NCBI RefSeq assembly: GCF_001194135.2
Contig: NC_068981.1
Location: 14,007,968 to 14,071,967 of the forward strand
Origin: Octopus bimaculoides
Lineage: Eukaryota
Direction: 5' to 3'
Length of the DNA stretch: 64,000 nt
Every line of letters starts with the position of its first letter. The first letter of the stretch is position 1. Under the pieces are notes generated by a model. That model was not told the DNA's origin, did not search any database, and saw only the letters and a list, made by a program, of their open reading frames with translations. The position numbers were made by a program, and so were the translations under genes. This document shows, piece after piece, positions 1 through 12,424 of the stretch.

Positions 1-801
1 TATATAAACAGGGAAATGCATTTATAGGATTACAATTGATAGAATATTGAGCAAGATAAGTGACTTCTACATAGACATTTGACTATTTATGTGTTATCTG
101 ATAGTTGTAACTAGTCAAATAATGGCATTCGAAACTCTGCCCACACAAAATTTAACTTAGCCATGCAAGTTTAACCGATAACATATGTCTATATTATAAA
201 ATCTCTGAGGTGTATTTTTTTCATTCTATTAAATTTTTCATCTTATATATAATATAATATTTGGTTTAATGATAATAAAATTTATAGTTTTCAGTTCTAA
301 TTAATTATGATTTGAAAACATCAGAGAACAGAACCTTCTAATTATAACATGTAAGATACTTTAAATTTGAATTATATAACGCGAATAACACAGCCGGTCC
401 ATATATAATTGGCAAACTGACTAATGTATTTTATTTTAGCAAAAATACTCGATATTATAACATTAAATAGCGAGTTATTCATTTGTAGATTTTTAAATGT
501 AATTTCACACACCACAGAACGCGATGCAGGTCTCCACTGTTCACACACATACACGCATCATATGCGTGCATGGTATGCTATTTTACCCTTACATATATCA
601 TATTTAGGTTACTTTTACAGTATTCAAGATTGATTAGCGATTGAAAGTAAAACTTCAAATCTGATAAGATAGGTAGAGTGGCACATACAGAATGTCTGAT
701 ACTGAAGTAAAATTTTTAGTTTTGTATTATAATATTTGTGTGGTTGTATCTACATTTGACCGTGTCTTCATGTTTTTTTATGTACTTATGTCTATGAATT
801 A

Positions 802-996
802 AGGCGACGAGCTGGTAGAAACGTTAGAACGCTGGGCGAAATTCTTGGCGATATTTCGTCTGTCTTTATCTTCTGAGTTCAAATTCCGCCGAGGTCGACA
901 TTGCATTTCCTCCTTTCGCGGTCGATAAATTAAGTAGCCTTTGCGTACTGGAGTCGATCTACCCCCAAAATATTGGACCTAGAGTAGAAAAGAATA
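802..996 (+). mobile_element. tRNA-derived SINE, family A
   Basis: aaggcgacgagctggtagaa...gagttcaaattccgccgaggtcgac head. Related copies occur at 1021-1233 (-), 1604-1800 (+), 10133-10330 (-) and 14455-14665 (-), with fragments near 51.4 and 51.9-52.1 kb. Confidence 0.8.
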
Positions 997-1020
997 TTTG
1001 TCGCAAAACAATAATAATAA

Positions 1021-1233
1021 TCCTTTCTACTATAAGCACAAGGCCTGAAATTCTGGGAGAAAGGAGCAGTCGATTACATCGACCCAGAATTTCACTAGTA
1101 CTTAATTTATCGACCCGAAATCATGAAAGGCAGAGTCGACGTCGGCGGAACTTGAACACAGAACGTAGCGGTAAACGAAATACCGCTAAGCATTTCGCCC
1201 GGTGCGCTAACGATTCTACCAGCTCACCGCCTT
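1021..1233 (-). mobile_element. tRNA-derived SINE, family A
   Basis: Reverse-complement copy of the 802-996 family, tail-to-tail with it. Confidence 0.8.
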
Positions 1234-3181
1234 AACAATTTATCCTATAGGCACAAGGCCTGAAATTTGGGGGCGGGGAGCTAATTAAGTTAATTATTCC
1301 ACTAGTACTGATGTCATCGACATGAAGTGCAATACCGCCATCAGTTATTAATAGTAATAATAATAATGATGATAATAATATGAATAACTTATATTTTTGC
1401 AGAAACTACCAAAACTCTAATGGTAAATATATAAACAAAAATATATAAATATTGATGATGGATGAGGGTGACTATTTTCTGACTAAAATAACTTATGTAT
1501 ACACAAATATTTCTTCCACAAACCAAGTGGTTCATTTCATGCCCTTATAAATAAATGTTATATAAATTCTAAACAATTTGAGTCTTAATATTTGTACCTT
1601 TTTAAGGCAGCAAGCAAGCAAAATCATTAGCACATCGGCATTTCATTGGTCTTTACGCTCTGAGTTCAAATTTCACCGAGATCGATTTTCACTTTCATCT
1701 TTTGAGGGCCGATAAAATAAGTACAAGTTGAGCATTAGGATCGATATCATCGAGTCAGCCCTCCTACCAAATTGCTTACATTGTGTGAAGATTCAAAACC
1801 GATATTTTTGTGTTTTATTTCATTTTTTTAAATATTGTTTACCCATTCTATAATCATAGTTTCAACGATTTCACATAAATTTGTTCCTTATTGTGTATGT
1901 TTCTATTTCCATATGATTTTGCAGAGACTTCCGGTGACAGTATACACATTTTTATTTTATGAAATGCATGCGTTTATGTGTATACTTATGTGTGTATGTG
2001 TGCTCATGTTATACATTACGTATTAATGCTATACCAGTTTTTTTTTTTTTTGCTGCCATATTCATGTATTAATTTGAAGTCTGGTAGCTAAATATCCATA
2101 TATGCAAAATCGCTCTGTATATGGGAAGATATCAACCCATGCAATAGCACATATTTTCGTCTACTTTGAATGACAAATAAAGTTTGAGAAAATTCTATTA
2201 CATAATGAGCCTGCACATTTACTTATGATAAAAAATAAATCTGATTATATTTGTCTTTAAGTTTGTGCTAATTATCTGTTCGTCTATGAATACATTATCT
2301 AATACATATAATTTTTCCATCAAGGTAATAGTTGCGTCTTCATCTCAAACACCGTGGAATTTAATAATTGTCTATGAAAAAGGTTCTGCAATGTCTTAGA
2401 AATATTGCTTTGTCTTTCAATTCTCACTGAATTCTTTTCACTTTAAGTATATCTTACGATGCAATCGCGTATGTATTCATGTGAGATGAAATATTAACTT
2501 TTGCAATAAATTATAACAGAGCAACATGTCTGCCTCATGACGTCGGTTTCTTTGAGTTGTGTCAAGATTAAATATAGAGTAAGACACAAGTAACATTTCA
2601 TCGAGAGATAAATGGATGATATAACTCTCCTATCCACCTCTTTACAAACTTCTTTACCGATATAAGACATCTGAAATACAGATAGAAGCAAATTATGTTT
2701 TGTTACTTGTTTTATATAGAGAGAACGGACACAACTGTTGTATTTTAAGTAATACAGTGGATTGAAAATATGTTGTATATCAGTAAAGTATCTACAATAT
2801 TCGATACAACTATAAAATTAACTTCAAATTAAATTCATGACCGAATATTTATTTAGAAGCCAATTAATTACGCGTAAAGATAGTACTGATGATAACAAGC
2901 TTGTTTTGTAATTATTTAGTTCAGGTTCGGTCTCGCTGAGCGGAAATTTGGGCAAGTGGCTTTTACTATAATCTCGGACTGACCAATGCCTTTTGAGTGA
3001 ACGCGGTTCACGAAAACAGTATGGAAGCCTGTCGTGTGTTTGTGTGTGCATGTGTGTTTTATATGTATGCGTGTGTAAATCTTTATATTTGTGTTCCCCC
3101 ACCGCTTGACAGGCCGTATTGGCTTGTTTACATCCCTGTAACAGTGGTTCCGCAAAAAATACCTAGAAGGGGTGTCTATGT

Positions 3182-3226
<45 letters not shown>

Positions 3227-3516
3227 NNNNNNNNNNNNNNNNNNNNNNNNNNNNNNNNNNNNNNNNNNNNNNNNNNNNNNNNNNNNNNNNNNNNNNNNNN
3301 NNNNNNNNNNNNNNNNNNNNNNNNNNNNNNNNNNNNNNNNNNNNNNNNNNNNNNNNNNNNNATATACATATATATATAAGATTTTCAATTAGGTTGGTTA
3401 AGTCACCTTTGTCTTGATTGTTAATTTTTATCTTTTTTTCTGGGCATAATGTAGCACTTTTGATCAACAATAAAGAACGTCTCTGAAACAGTTTTAGTGG
3501 ATCGCATCAAATTTTG

Positions 3517-3538
3517 TTATTATTATTATTATTATTAC

Positions 3539-3593
<55 letters not shown>

Positions 3594-3595
3594 TT
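3517..3595. repeat. (ATT)n microsatellite
   Basis: Direct reading. This is one example of dozens of (TA)n, (CA)n, (GA)n and (ATT)n tracts across the window. Confidence 0.95.
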
Positions 3596-4655
3596 ATGTT
3601 TGACTTTTGCTTTGCATTTGTACAAGTTGGATCCAAGTCTCACCAAATATATGTACAAACATAGTCTATGTCAGTGTACATAAAACGTTCATGCATAGAT
3701 ATCGATATGTGTGTGTTTGAGTGTGTGAGTACATGTTTGTGTATATATGCATCTACACATATGTAAATAATTATGGTTACTAGGGGCAGAAAAGAAATTG
3801 TATAGGAAGTGTCCCAACGAATACATATATCTGTATTAAATATAGATTTAAATTTAGCTTCCTTCAGCACAGCTAATGAATTATTAACCAAAATATCTTT
3901 CACTTGGTAAGAATTGCCACAAATATTCTCTATGGACACCATTCTTTTATGATATGTCTTTGATAATATAAATTATGCAATTAACAGACAGTATCCTATT
4001 GGTGAGATTGACGCAAAATCAAAATAGGAGCTTCTATTTATGAATATTAAGATATTGTACTTGAAACTGAGATAAACAAAATATATATATATAACGATCA
4101 CATGATGTACACTTTATATATTTATTTAGTACATTTTTTTTCTCTAGCGGATTCATATATATATTGCATTGTATTTTGATAGACACTTTTATTGTGATAG
4201 ACTCTCATATGCGCGCACGTGCGCAAACGCACACATGCGCACACACAAGCACACACCGTATGCACTGTTATATACTTGATTTCCATTGAAATTGATATAT
4301 TTCCTATGATAAATACTTGTATATAAATATGTCGTGCTGTTCGCTTCCTCTTATGAGCCAAGACACATACATTCACGCTGTTCCAGTGCAGGTAACTGGA
4401 GTATTACACTTTTACTGAAGTAAATTTAGTTTTATGGATTATGCAGCAAATTTTTAAATAGTTTTGCTCTGATTCATTGACAATGGAAACTGACATATTA
4501 CGTAAGGGCGAATCTAAGCAATTAGTTTGAATATTATTAAACATTTCATTAGCAAAACGTTTGTCGCCTTCTCAGAACTGAAAAGGCAAGAATATTTCGA
4601 TGCTTTCTTATAATTTTCCTGGTTGCATGTTGTGTAGTTATCACTTAAGGATACT

Positions 4656-4690
<35 letters not shown>

Positions 4691-4699
4691 GAGAGAGAG

Positions 4700-5353
4700 N
4701 NNNNNNNNNNNNNNNNNNNNNNNNNNNNNNNNNNNNNNNNNNNNNNNNNNNNNNNNNNNNNNNNNNNNNNNNNNNNNNNNNNNNNNNNNNNNNNNNNNNN
4801 NNNNNNNNNNNNNNNNNNNNNNNNNNNNNNNNNNNNNNNNNNNNNNNNNNNNNNNNNNNNNNNNNNNNNNNNNNNNNNNNNNNNNNNNNNNNNNNNNNNN
4901 NNNNNNNNNNNNNNNNNNNNNNNNNNNNNNNNNNNNNNNNNNNNNNNNNNNNNNNNNNNNNNNNNNNNNNNNNNNNNNNNNNNNNNNNNNNNNNNNNNNN
5001 NNNNNNNNNNNNNNNNNNNNNNNNNNNNNNNNNNNNNNNNNNNNNNNNNNNNNNNNNNNNNNNNNNNNNNNNNNNNNNNNNNNNNNNNNNNNNNNNNNNN
5101 NNNNNNNNNNNNNNNNNNNNNNNNNNNNNNNNNNNNNNNNNNNNNNNNNNNNNNNNNNNNNNNNNNNNNNNNNNNNNNNNNNNNNNNNNNNNNNNNNNNN
5201 NNNNNNNNNNNNNNNNNNNNNNNNNNNNNNNNNNNNNNNNNNNNNNNNNNNNNNNNNNNNNNNNNNNNNNNNNNNNNNNNNNNNNNNNNNNNNNNNNNNN
5301 NNNNNNNNNNNNNNNNNNNNNNNNNNNNNNNNNNNNNNNNNNNNNNNNNNNNN
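4700..5353. other. Assembly gap (largest of nine N-runs)
   Basis: N-runs at about 3227, 4700, 10982, 15344, 17221, 37412, 56140, 59539 and 61898, nearly all bordered by microsatellites. They could hide exons. Confidence 0.99.
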
Positions 5354-5830
5354 CGAAGATACCGTGGACTCTGTTATTCGATCCTTCTGATTTGGCGGAC
5401 ACCATTTTTTATTTAGTTTTTTTATCTACCGAAACACTTTAAAACTTTGTATACTTGTATATTTTGTCTTATAGAACAGAGAAAAAAAATTATATTGGAA
5501 GTTACTTCATGTTAAAAGTTGTCGTATTTCGGTAATTTCAACAAATCACTGACGTCTATTGAGGTGGAAACACTTACTGCTGTGGTTTGTCAACAACACG
5601 TTGTGGCGGTGTAATGGGATCTTTTCTCTTGAATAAAATTACTGCCGTTGTTTGTCAACAACAATTATCGGTGGTACTGTTATTTATGGCACCGTTCGTT
5701 TGTACTGGTTTAAGCTTTAGTGGGTTAGGGTTAGGTTTATGGGTATTTTTGCTAAATTTGATGAAAAATTTGTGGCGGTGTATCGAACAGATTTTCACCA
5801 AATGTGGCAAAAATACTTCTAATCCTAATC

Positions 5831-5904
5831 CTAACCCTAAAACCCTTGTCCTAACCCTAAAACCCTTGTCCTAACCCTAAAACCCTTGTCCTAACCCTGA
5901 AACC
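5831..5904. repeat. 20-bp tandem repeat containing telomeric CCCTAA
   Basis: (ctaaccctaaaacccttgtc) three times plus a partial copy. Confidence 0.9.
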
Positions 5905-6028
5905 TATGAAAGGTAACTCTGAACGAACTTGAAAAAGCTGTAGCTTTACATATAAAGTACAACTCATTGACGAGAGTCAAACACCTCGAAGCATATACGT
6001 GTGTGCGTGTATATATATATATATATAC

Positions 6029-6717
6029 ACTAGCTTAAAAGCCGCCCGATGGGGCGGCTTTTAAACTAGTTCATGTGGAGGGCTCTTCATTGAGTTTTGA
6101 GCCCAACAATGACACATCATGCATTGAGTACATATTAAATTGTATTAGAATTGAACATTATTTTTCACGCAATGAAAAATTTTCATCAAAACAATGATAT
6201 AATTCTTCGATTTGGGACTTACTGCAAAGCTGCATGATAAACATTTTTTTGTCTTTCTACTCAGGGTCAGTACAGGTCTCTCTCTCTTGCTCTTGATTGT
6301 TTTCAACCATCACAATCGCCAGTACAACCACCATCGTCACCACAACTAGCATACACATACCACGCAGATTTCTGACGCCACTACCATCAATACCGTAGAC
6401 TTCACCGCCTTCCCCTTCACCACCATCATCACTGTCGCCTCCGCTTCATACTATTACTATCACCCCATTGCCATCAAAACCGTCAATCTACTCCCGTCTC
6501 TGTGCCTACTATTACCCTCACCCCTGCATGAGCGATAACAGAGTATCAATGAATAATGAGAGAGGGGCTCGAGGCGTGACGCACTGACACACAGAAATTG
6601 GTTTTCGCATTTATTATATTATATTATATTATATATATATATATATATGTATATAATAATTTTCCCAGAGGATGTCTCTGTCTCTTTTGAATATGAAAAT
6701 TTAAAAGTTTAAAAACC

Positions 6718-6720
<3 letters not shown>
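6029..6720 (-). mobile_element. Possible non-autonomous Helitron (3' end at 6030; 5' end uncertain)
   Basis: GC-rich hairpin AAAAGCCGCCC/GGGCGGCTTTT followed by CTAG|T at a (TA)n boundary. The interior has (CAC/CAT)-rich simple repeats. Confidence 0.45.
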
Positions 6721-6757
<37 letters not shown>

Positions 6758-7182
6758 CACTTCATTTTATACATCGTATATTATTCTGTATTCTTCCATA
6801 CTAAGGTAGTAATTTAGTTTTCTTTTCTCTGGCTAAATATACACACCTACATTAATTATCGCTCAGCCTGTGTAGAGACGTCATCTCATGAAGCATAACA
6901 TAATTGTGAATGCTTTTAAAGACAAATACATCTTGAGAAAAGAAAACTACTATTTAATGAATCTACACATTTGTTAAGATAAAAACATTTCTCGGTGAGA
7001 GATTTGACAATTATGTTATAATTATCCAATCTTCTGTGTCTCAAAACTTTTCAAATTCTGAAGGCGAAAGTTTTACAAAATAGGAATGTGTATGTATGTG
7101 TGTTTGTGTGTGTGTGCACGCGCACTCATATATGAAACAATATTCCATCATAGTAAAAGTCTCGTATGAACACACATACAGA

Positions 7183-7276
<94 letters not shown>

Positions 7277-8020
7277 CCCCGTTACTATTATGCAAACCTG
7301 TTGTAAGTCCAAAACGTTGCTTTTTCAGAAAACGAAAATAGTGTTTCACCATTCCACAGCAGAACCGTTGTACTGCACTTTGACAATTTTTGATATCTTG
7401 TTATGTGCAGCAGCTGTAGATATGATAGTTTGACCCAAAGAACCGGCTATTGCGAACAAAAATAAATATTGGAAAAAACGTATTTGGTCAAATTTGAATG
7501 TACGACAGTTTAACATTAGAGAGCATTTAGTATATTGGAAAAGGTGCTCTAAGGAAATAAAAAAAGGGGGATAAATCGGCTTAGCAGAAACCAAATTACG
7601 CGCTCACACACACGTACATACACACACCCATATATATTATTAGAAGAAAAAAAAGGATTAAAATATCACGTGAGATTTCAATAAAGCACTCAGTGTAAAA
7701 AAAAGTAAGTCCTCATATATGACAGGAAAATTCAATTTTCGTTTACCAGAAATTCGACACCCCCACAACACACGTTATTATGTCTAGAGTGAGTCATTAT
7801 GCTGATATTAACACAGTATGTGTGTAAATAATATTAGCCTAATGAATCTCCCTAGATGCAACAAAATTTGTCTTTTTATTCCTAGTATTTATTTTATCGA
7901 TCTTTTTGCCGAACTGCTAATTTGCGGGTACATAAACACACCAATACCGCTTGTCGAGCGGTGATGGCGGATAGAAAAACAGACACACACAACACACACA
8001 CACACACACACAACACACAA

Positions 8021-8059
<39 letters not shown>

Positions 8060-8369
8060 ATACGCACACGCATATACGACGGGCTTCTTACAATTTCCGT
8101 CTAACGATTCACTCACAAGGTCTTCTTCATACCGAGGCTATAGAAGAAGACACTTGCCCAAGATACCAGGCAGTGGGACTGAACCCGAAACCATGTGGTT
8201 GGGACGGGAATGGATGGAATAGACATGCCGCCCAACCCCAAATTTCAGGGATTGTGCCTATTATTTAGATTACTTAGAAAAGTTTCGGCTGAAGTTGGCC
8301 CAGGCCATGTCTAATTTAATAGAACAGTCAGCTCTTGGGCACACTCAGTTCTTGGGCACTATAGCGCAT

Positions 8370-8600
8370 TCGAGCAGAGAGTTATTGTTTTCAGGGACAT
8401 ATCCAGGTTCAGGCGGTTTGTCTGGTATCTGTTGGATATAATTATCTAGGGACCGTTTGAATGCGTATGTGAACTGGCAAGATGTTGAAGAGAGCGGGGC
8501 AAGTTGAGGTGAAATAGTTCTGTCGTAATGTTATGATACGACACGAACATGATTTCTGTAGTGGACGGATGGCACGGGAGCCAAGCCTTGAATGAATTTT
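8370..8600 (-). mobile_element. CR1-group LINE 3' end fragment
   Basis: Minus-strand FKRSLDNYIQQIPDKPPEPGYVPENNNSLL, a typical ORF2 C-terminus. Lies just outside the left arm of the 8.6-kb inverted repeat. Confidence 0.6.
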
Positions 8601-8644
8601 AAAGACGATACATATATCATTTGGTCAATGTTGATGGAATTATG

Positions 8645-9055
8645 TACATTATTTTCATTTGATGGATATTTGACCTCATCGTGTCTGTTGTTAACACAAC
8701 GTATCGGCTGATATACCCTCCAGCCTTCATCGGGTGTCTTGGGGAAATTTCGAACCTGGGTTCTCATTCCTAAGGTATTTTTCGATGTTATTATTATTAT
8801 TATTATTAATATTATTATTATTCAGGTCACTGCCTGGAATCGAACTCGGAATCTTGGGGCTAGCAGCCTGCGCTCTTAACCACTACGCCATATGACCGTG
8901 GGCATATAATAACATAGAAAAATACCTTAGGAATGAGAACCCATGTTCGAAATTTCCCCAAGACACCTGATGAAGGCTGGAGGGTATATCAGCCGAAATT
9001 TTGTGTTAACAACAAACAAGATGAGGACAAATATCCATCAAATGTAAATAATGTA
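8645..9055. mobile_element. Inverted pair of hammerhead-bearing arms flanking a tRNA-like Pol III head
   Basis: Arms 8645-8793 and 8907-9055 (149 bp, ~10 mismatches). The spacer holds (TTA)n and a minus-strand tRNA-like head with A box TGGCGTAGTGG (8880-8890) and B box GTTCGATTC (8837-8845). Confidence 0.85.
8962..9007 (+). ncRNA. Minimal hammerhead motif (helix III decayed)
   Basis: GACAC-CUGAUGA-A-GGCUG[10]CAGCC-GAA-AUUU-U|GUGUU. The mirror copy at 8693-8738 (-) keeps helix III ACGU but has CCGAUGA and GAU. The two copies together reconstruct a complete motif. Confidence 0.6.
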
Positions 9056-10716
9056 ATTAATGTAAATCATATTGATGGAAAATGTTCTACATCATACAGA
9101 TTATATAGCTCTCTCGGTGGCGTTGGAGGGAGTAATGCCCAAGCTTTTTGAGTCAATCCCAATAATTAAGGCGTGTCATGTCATTTATGATTATTTTATT
9201 TTATTTATTTATTTTTTTGATTGACATTTGTTTCCTGTGAGGGACTACAGCGGACAACAGTGTTCAACCCACTGTGGAAAGAATTATTTAAAATCCTACA
9301 AGAAGAAAGTATTCCACATCTTCAATAAACGCAGTGTTAACACGCTCATTAATTGTTATATCCTCTCTAAGCCACTACATCACGACTTACAAGATCCTCC
9401 GTTCTACTCAAAAGACCTGATGTGTAATCTGTCGAACAGTTTCGCAATAGATCAGCGAAGTAATTTGAAAATAAATTTAAAGAAATTGCTAAAGGCTATT
9501 CTTATTCGAAAACACGCAGATAAATTCTAATTAATCCTCTTGATAAACTTGTATAGGTCAACAGCAACAACAACCATTAAACTCAACAACTCTCATCGCT
9601 GACCTCAACAATGACCTCTCAATTGTCCCTGCTAATGTCTCTCTATCAGCTACGAACATATGTCAGCCTTCCACCCTTCCTCACAGTCACTACGCCCATT
9701 ATACTACGACAAAGCAGTCACTTTTCTGTTTCCTCAAACACCTCTACCTTAGATATTTATTTATTTATTTATTTATTTATTTATCCATTCATTTATTCAT
9801 CCAGTTTCAAGCCATGGCAGACAGAGGAAGGTATACAATAACTGAACAATAAAATCAAATACAACACGAAATCAGAGAGAAAGAGAAATGAAGAAGTGTG
9901 GATAAGGGACGGTTAAATGCCTCTGTAGCTAAATCTTTTTGTAGCCTTCTTGTTACTAAGCGCAATGAGCAACGTTAAAAAAAAAAACAACAAATAAATA
10001 AAATAAGCAGATCTCTAGCTTGCCATTGTTTTTCTTATCATCATAAGACAGTGTCAACACAAAGTTTGAATTTACCCACTACCATCACAAGGTCTGTCTT
10101 GAAGAACGAAGATAAGTTTACTACTCTTCCTTCTGCAAGCACACGGCCAGAGGTTCGTGATAGAGCGGGGACTATTCGATTTTATATTAATGCCACACCT
10201 CAAATGTTTCTTTTTTTCCCGACCCCGAAAGGATAAAAAGAACAGTCGAAATTGGCGGTATTTGAAAACAACGTAAACACAAACGAAATGACGCTTAGCG
10301 TTTTGCCCAGCGTGCTATAAATTCCGCCAATGGAAAATAAATATCATACCATCTATGAAAATTATATATAATCCCTAAATTTATAGGAGTGATTGTTATA
10401 TATCTACACACCACCCAGTATGTGCGTGTGTGTGTGTGTGCGTGTGTGTGTGTGTGCGTGTGTGTGTGTGTGTGTGTATAGTCACATATGTATTAGAAGC
10501 AGGGCGAGTGTTGTAAACGTTATACATGTACAATGTGTGTGCTTTGCTAGTTCGCTGATCGGCTGCGATGTGAGGCGGAGGAGAGGAATGTCTTAAAGCA
10601 CCGGTTGTCAAAACAATTGAAAGTCATGGTCATAGAGAGGCGATACAACTAAATCCAAATACCATTCAGGAGCGATGGGCATCGATGTTTCACCAGTTTT
10701 GTACCTTTTATATATA

Positions 10717-10944
10717 TTGGGTTGTCCGGAAAGTTTGTGCCGATTTTTAAAGGAAAGTAAAATGTCAATAAATACTTGGAATTACATTTTTAATCAACCA
10801 AATACGAACCATCTTGTTGCACAATGCGTTTCTATCTTTCGTTTAACTTGAAAATACCCTCTTCCCAGAATTGAGGTGGTTTCATGGCAAATAAGTCACA
10901 AGGTAAGCTAAAATAAATCGACACGAACTTTCCGGATAACCCAA
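10717..10944 (-). mobile_element. Non-autonomous mariner deletion derivative (MITE-like)
   Basis: TIRs TA|ttgggttgtccggaaagtttgtgccgattt and aaatcgacacgaactttccggataacccaa|TA. The interior retains the transposase C-terminus on the minus strand (GIFKLNER*KRIVQQDGSYLVD*). Confidence 0.9.
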
Positions 10945-10945
10945 T

Positions 10946-10978
<33 letters not shown>

Positions 10979-11599
10979 TATNNNNNNNNNNNNNNNNNNN
11001 NNNNNNNNNNNNNNNNNNNNNNNNNNNNNNNNNNNNNNNNNNNNNNNNNNNNNNNNNNNNNNNNNNNNNNNNNNNNNNNNNNNNNNNNNNNNNNNNNNNN
11101 NNNNNNNNNNNNNNNNNNNNNNNNNNNNNNNNNNNNNNNNNNNNNNNNNNNNNNNNNNNNNNNNNNNNNNNNNNNNNNNNNNNNNNNNNNNNNNNNNNNN
11201 NNNNNNNNNNNNNNNNNNNNNNNNNNNNNNNNNNNNNNNNNNNNNNNNNNNNNNNNNNNNNNNNNNNNNNNNNNNNNNNNNNNNNNNNNNNNNNNNNNNN
11301 NNNNNNNNNNNNNNNNNNNNNNNNNNNNNNNNNNNNNNNNNNNNNNNNNNNNNNNNNNNNNNNNNNNNNNNNNNNNNNNNNNNNNNNNNNNNNNNNNNNN
11401 NNNNNNNNNNNNNNNNNNNNNNNNNNNNNNNNNNNNNNNNNNNNNNNNNNNNNNNNNNNNNNNNNNNNNNNNNNNNNNNNNNNNNNNNNNNNNNNNNNNN
11501 NNNNNNNNNNNNNNNNNNNNNNNNNNNNNNNNNNNNNNNNNNNNNNNNNNNNNNNNNNNNNNNNNNNNNNNNNNNNNNNNNNNNNNNNNNNNNNNNNNN

Positions 11600-11632
<33 letters not shown>

Positions 11633-11858
11633 TAATTATTGACACATATATAACGCGTGTTTCACTCACTTAGCTGTGGCGTTTCAAAGAACACTAAATA
11701 TCTCTAAGACGTCTCCAGGGTGGATATCCATATGACGCCGTTTAATCGATTCACCTCAAAACGGATCGTATCGCCGGTCAGAATCATATACAAATTGTTG
11801 ATGTGCTGCGGGGTAGCACATCAAAACTTTTCATATTATAGACACACACACATACATA

Positions 11859-12303
11859 TATCAAAGTAAGCAACAAGGATATCTAGAGGTTATGCAGTGC
11901 GATCGTTTCAGGCAATTCCATTTAATCGAACAATGCAATCATTACATCAATTTAAATGCAGAGCAATCCGCAGCTGCACAAAGACATAGAATTAAATTAA
12001 AACAAATGGACGTATTAGTATATTAATACCTAAAATCTCCAAAAAGTTAAGGAGACAAACAAAGAACATGTTGCCTTCACACCAGCATAAAAGCTACTCT
12101 ACCTCCCTAACTTCTTGGAGATTTTAGGTTTTATTATACTAATGTATCGATCTGCTTTAATTTAATGAAATTCTATATCTTAGTGCAGCTGAGGATTGCT
12201 CTGCATTTAAATTGATGTAATGATTGCATTGTTCAATTAAATGGAGTTGCATGAAACCATCGTACTGCATTAACTCTGGATATCCTTGTTTCTTATTTTG
12301 ATT
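11859..12303. repeat. Long inverted repeat with a hammerhead motif in each arm
   Basis: Arms ~11859-12054 and ~12103-12303, about 87% identical by eye with one indel; 48-nt spacer. Confidence 0.85.
12182..12271 (+). ncRNA. Type-I hammerhead motif with long loop II
   Basis: AGUGCAG-CUGAGGA-U-UGC...GCA-U-GAA-ACCAUCGU-A|CUGCAUU with a GUA triplet. The left-arm copy has ACGAUCG (palindromic consensus ACGAUCGU) but a mutated core. Confidence 0.6.
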
Positions 12304-12377
12304 TTAATCACCTTACTTTGAAATGAAAATAGCGTACTAAATTCTGGTGCCTCAACTCAAGTACAATATTCATCTGA

Positions 12378-12424
<47 letters not shown>

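Noticed and set aside
2530-2615. Possible hammerhead on the minus strand (GAAACCGACGUC with a 7-bp internal stem)
   Set aside because: The core reads UCGAUGA and helix I does not pair. Similarly weak hits at ~11.66, 45.2, 49.67 and 62.66 kb were also dropped.
8531-9151. Twin ORFs MRT(Q/H)VRNFPKTPDEGWRVYQP on opposite strands
   Set aside because: They are just the two arms of the inverted repeat. The conserved part is the hammerhead RNA motif, not a peptide gene.
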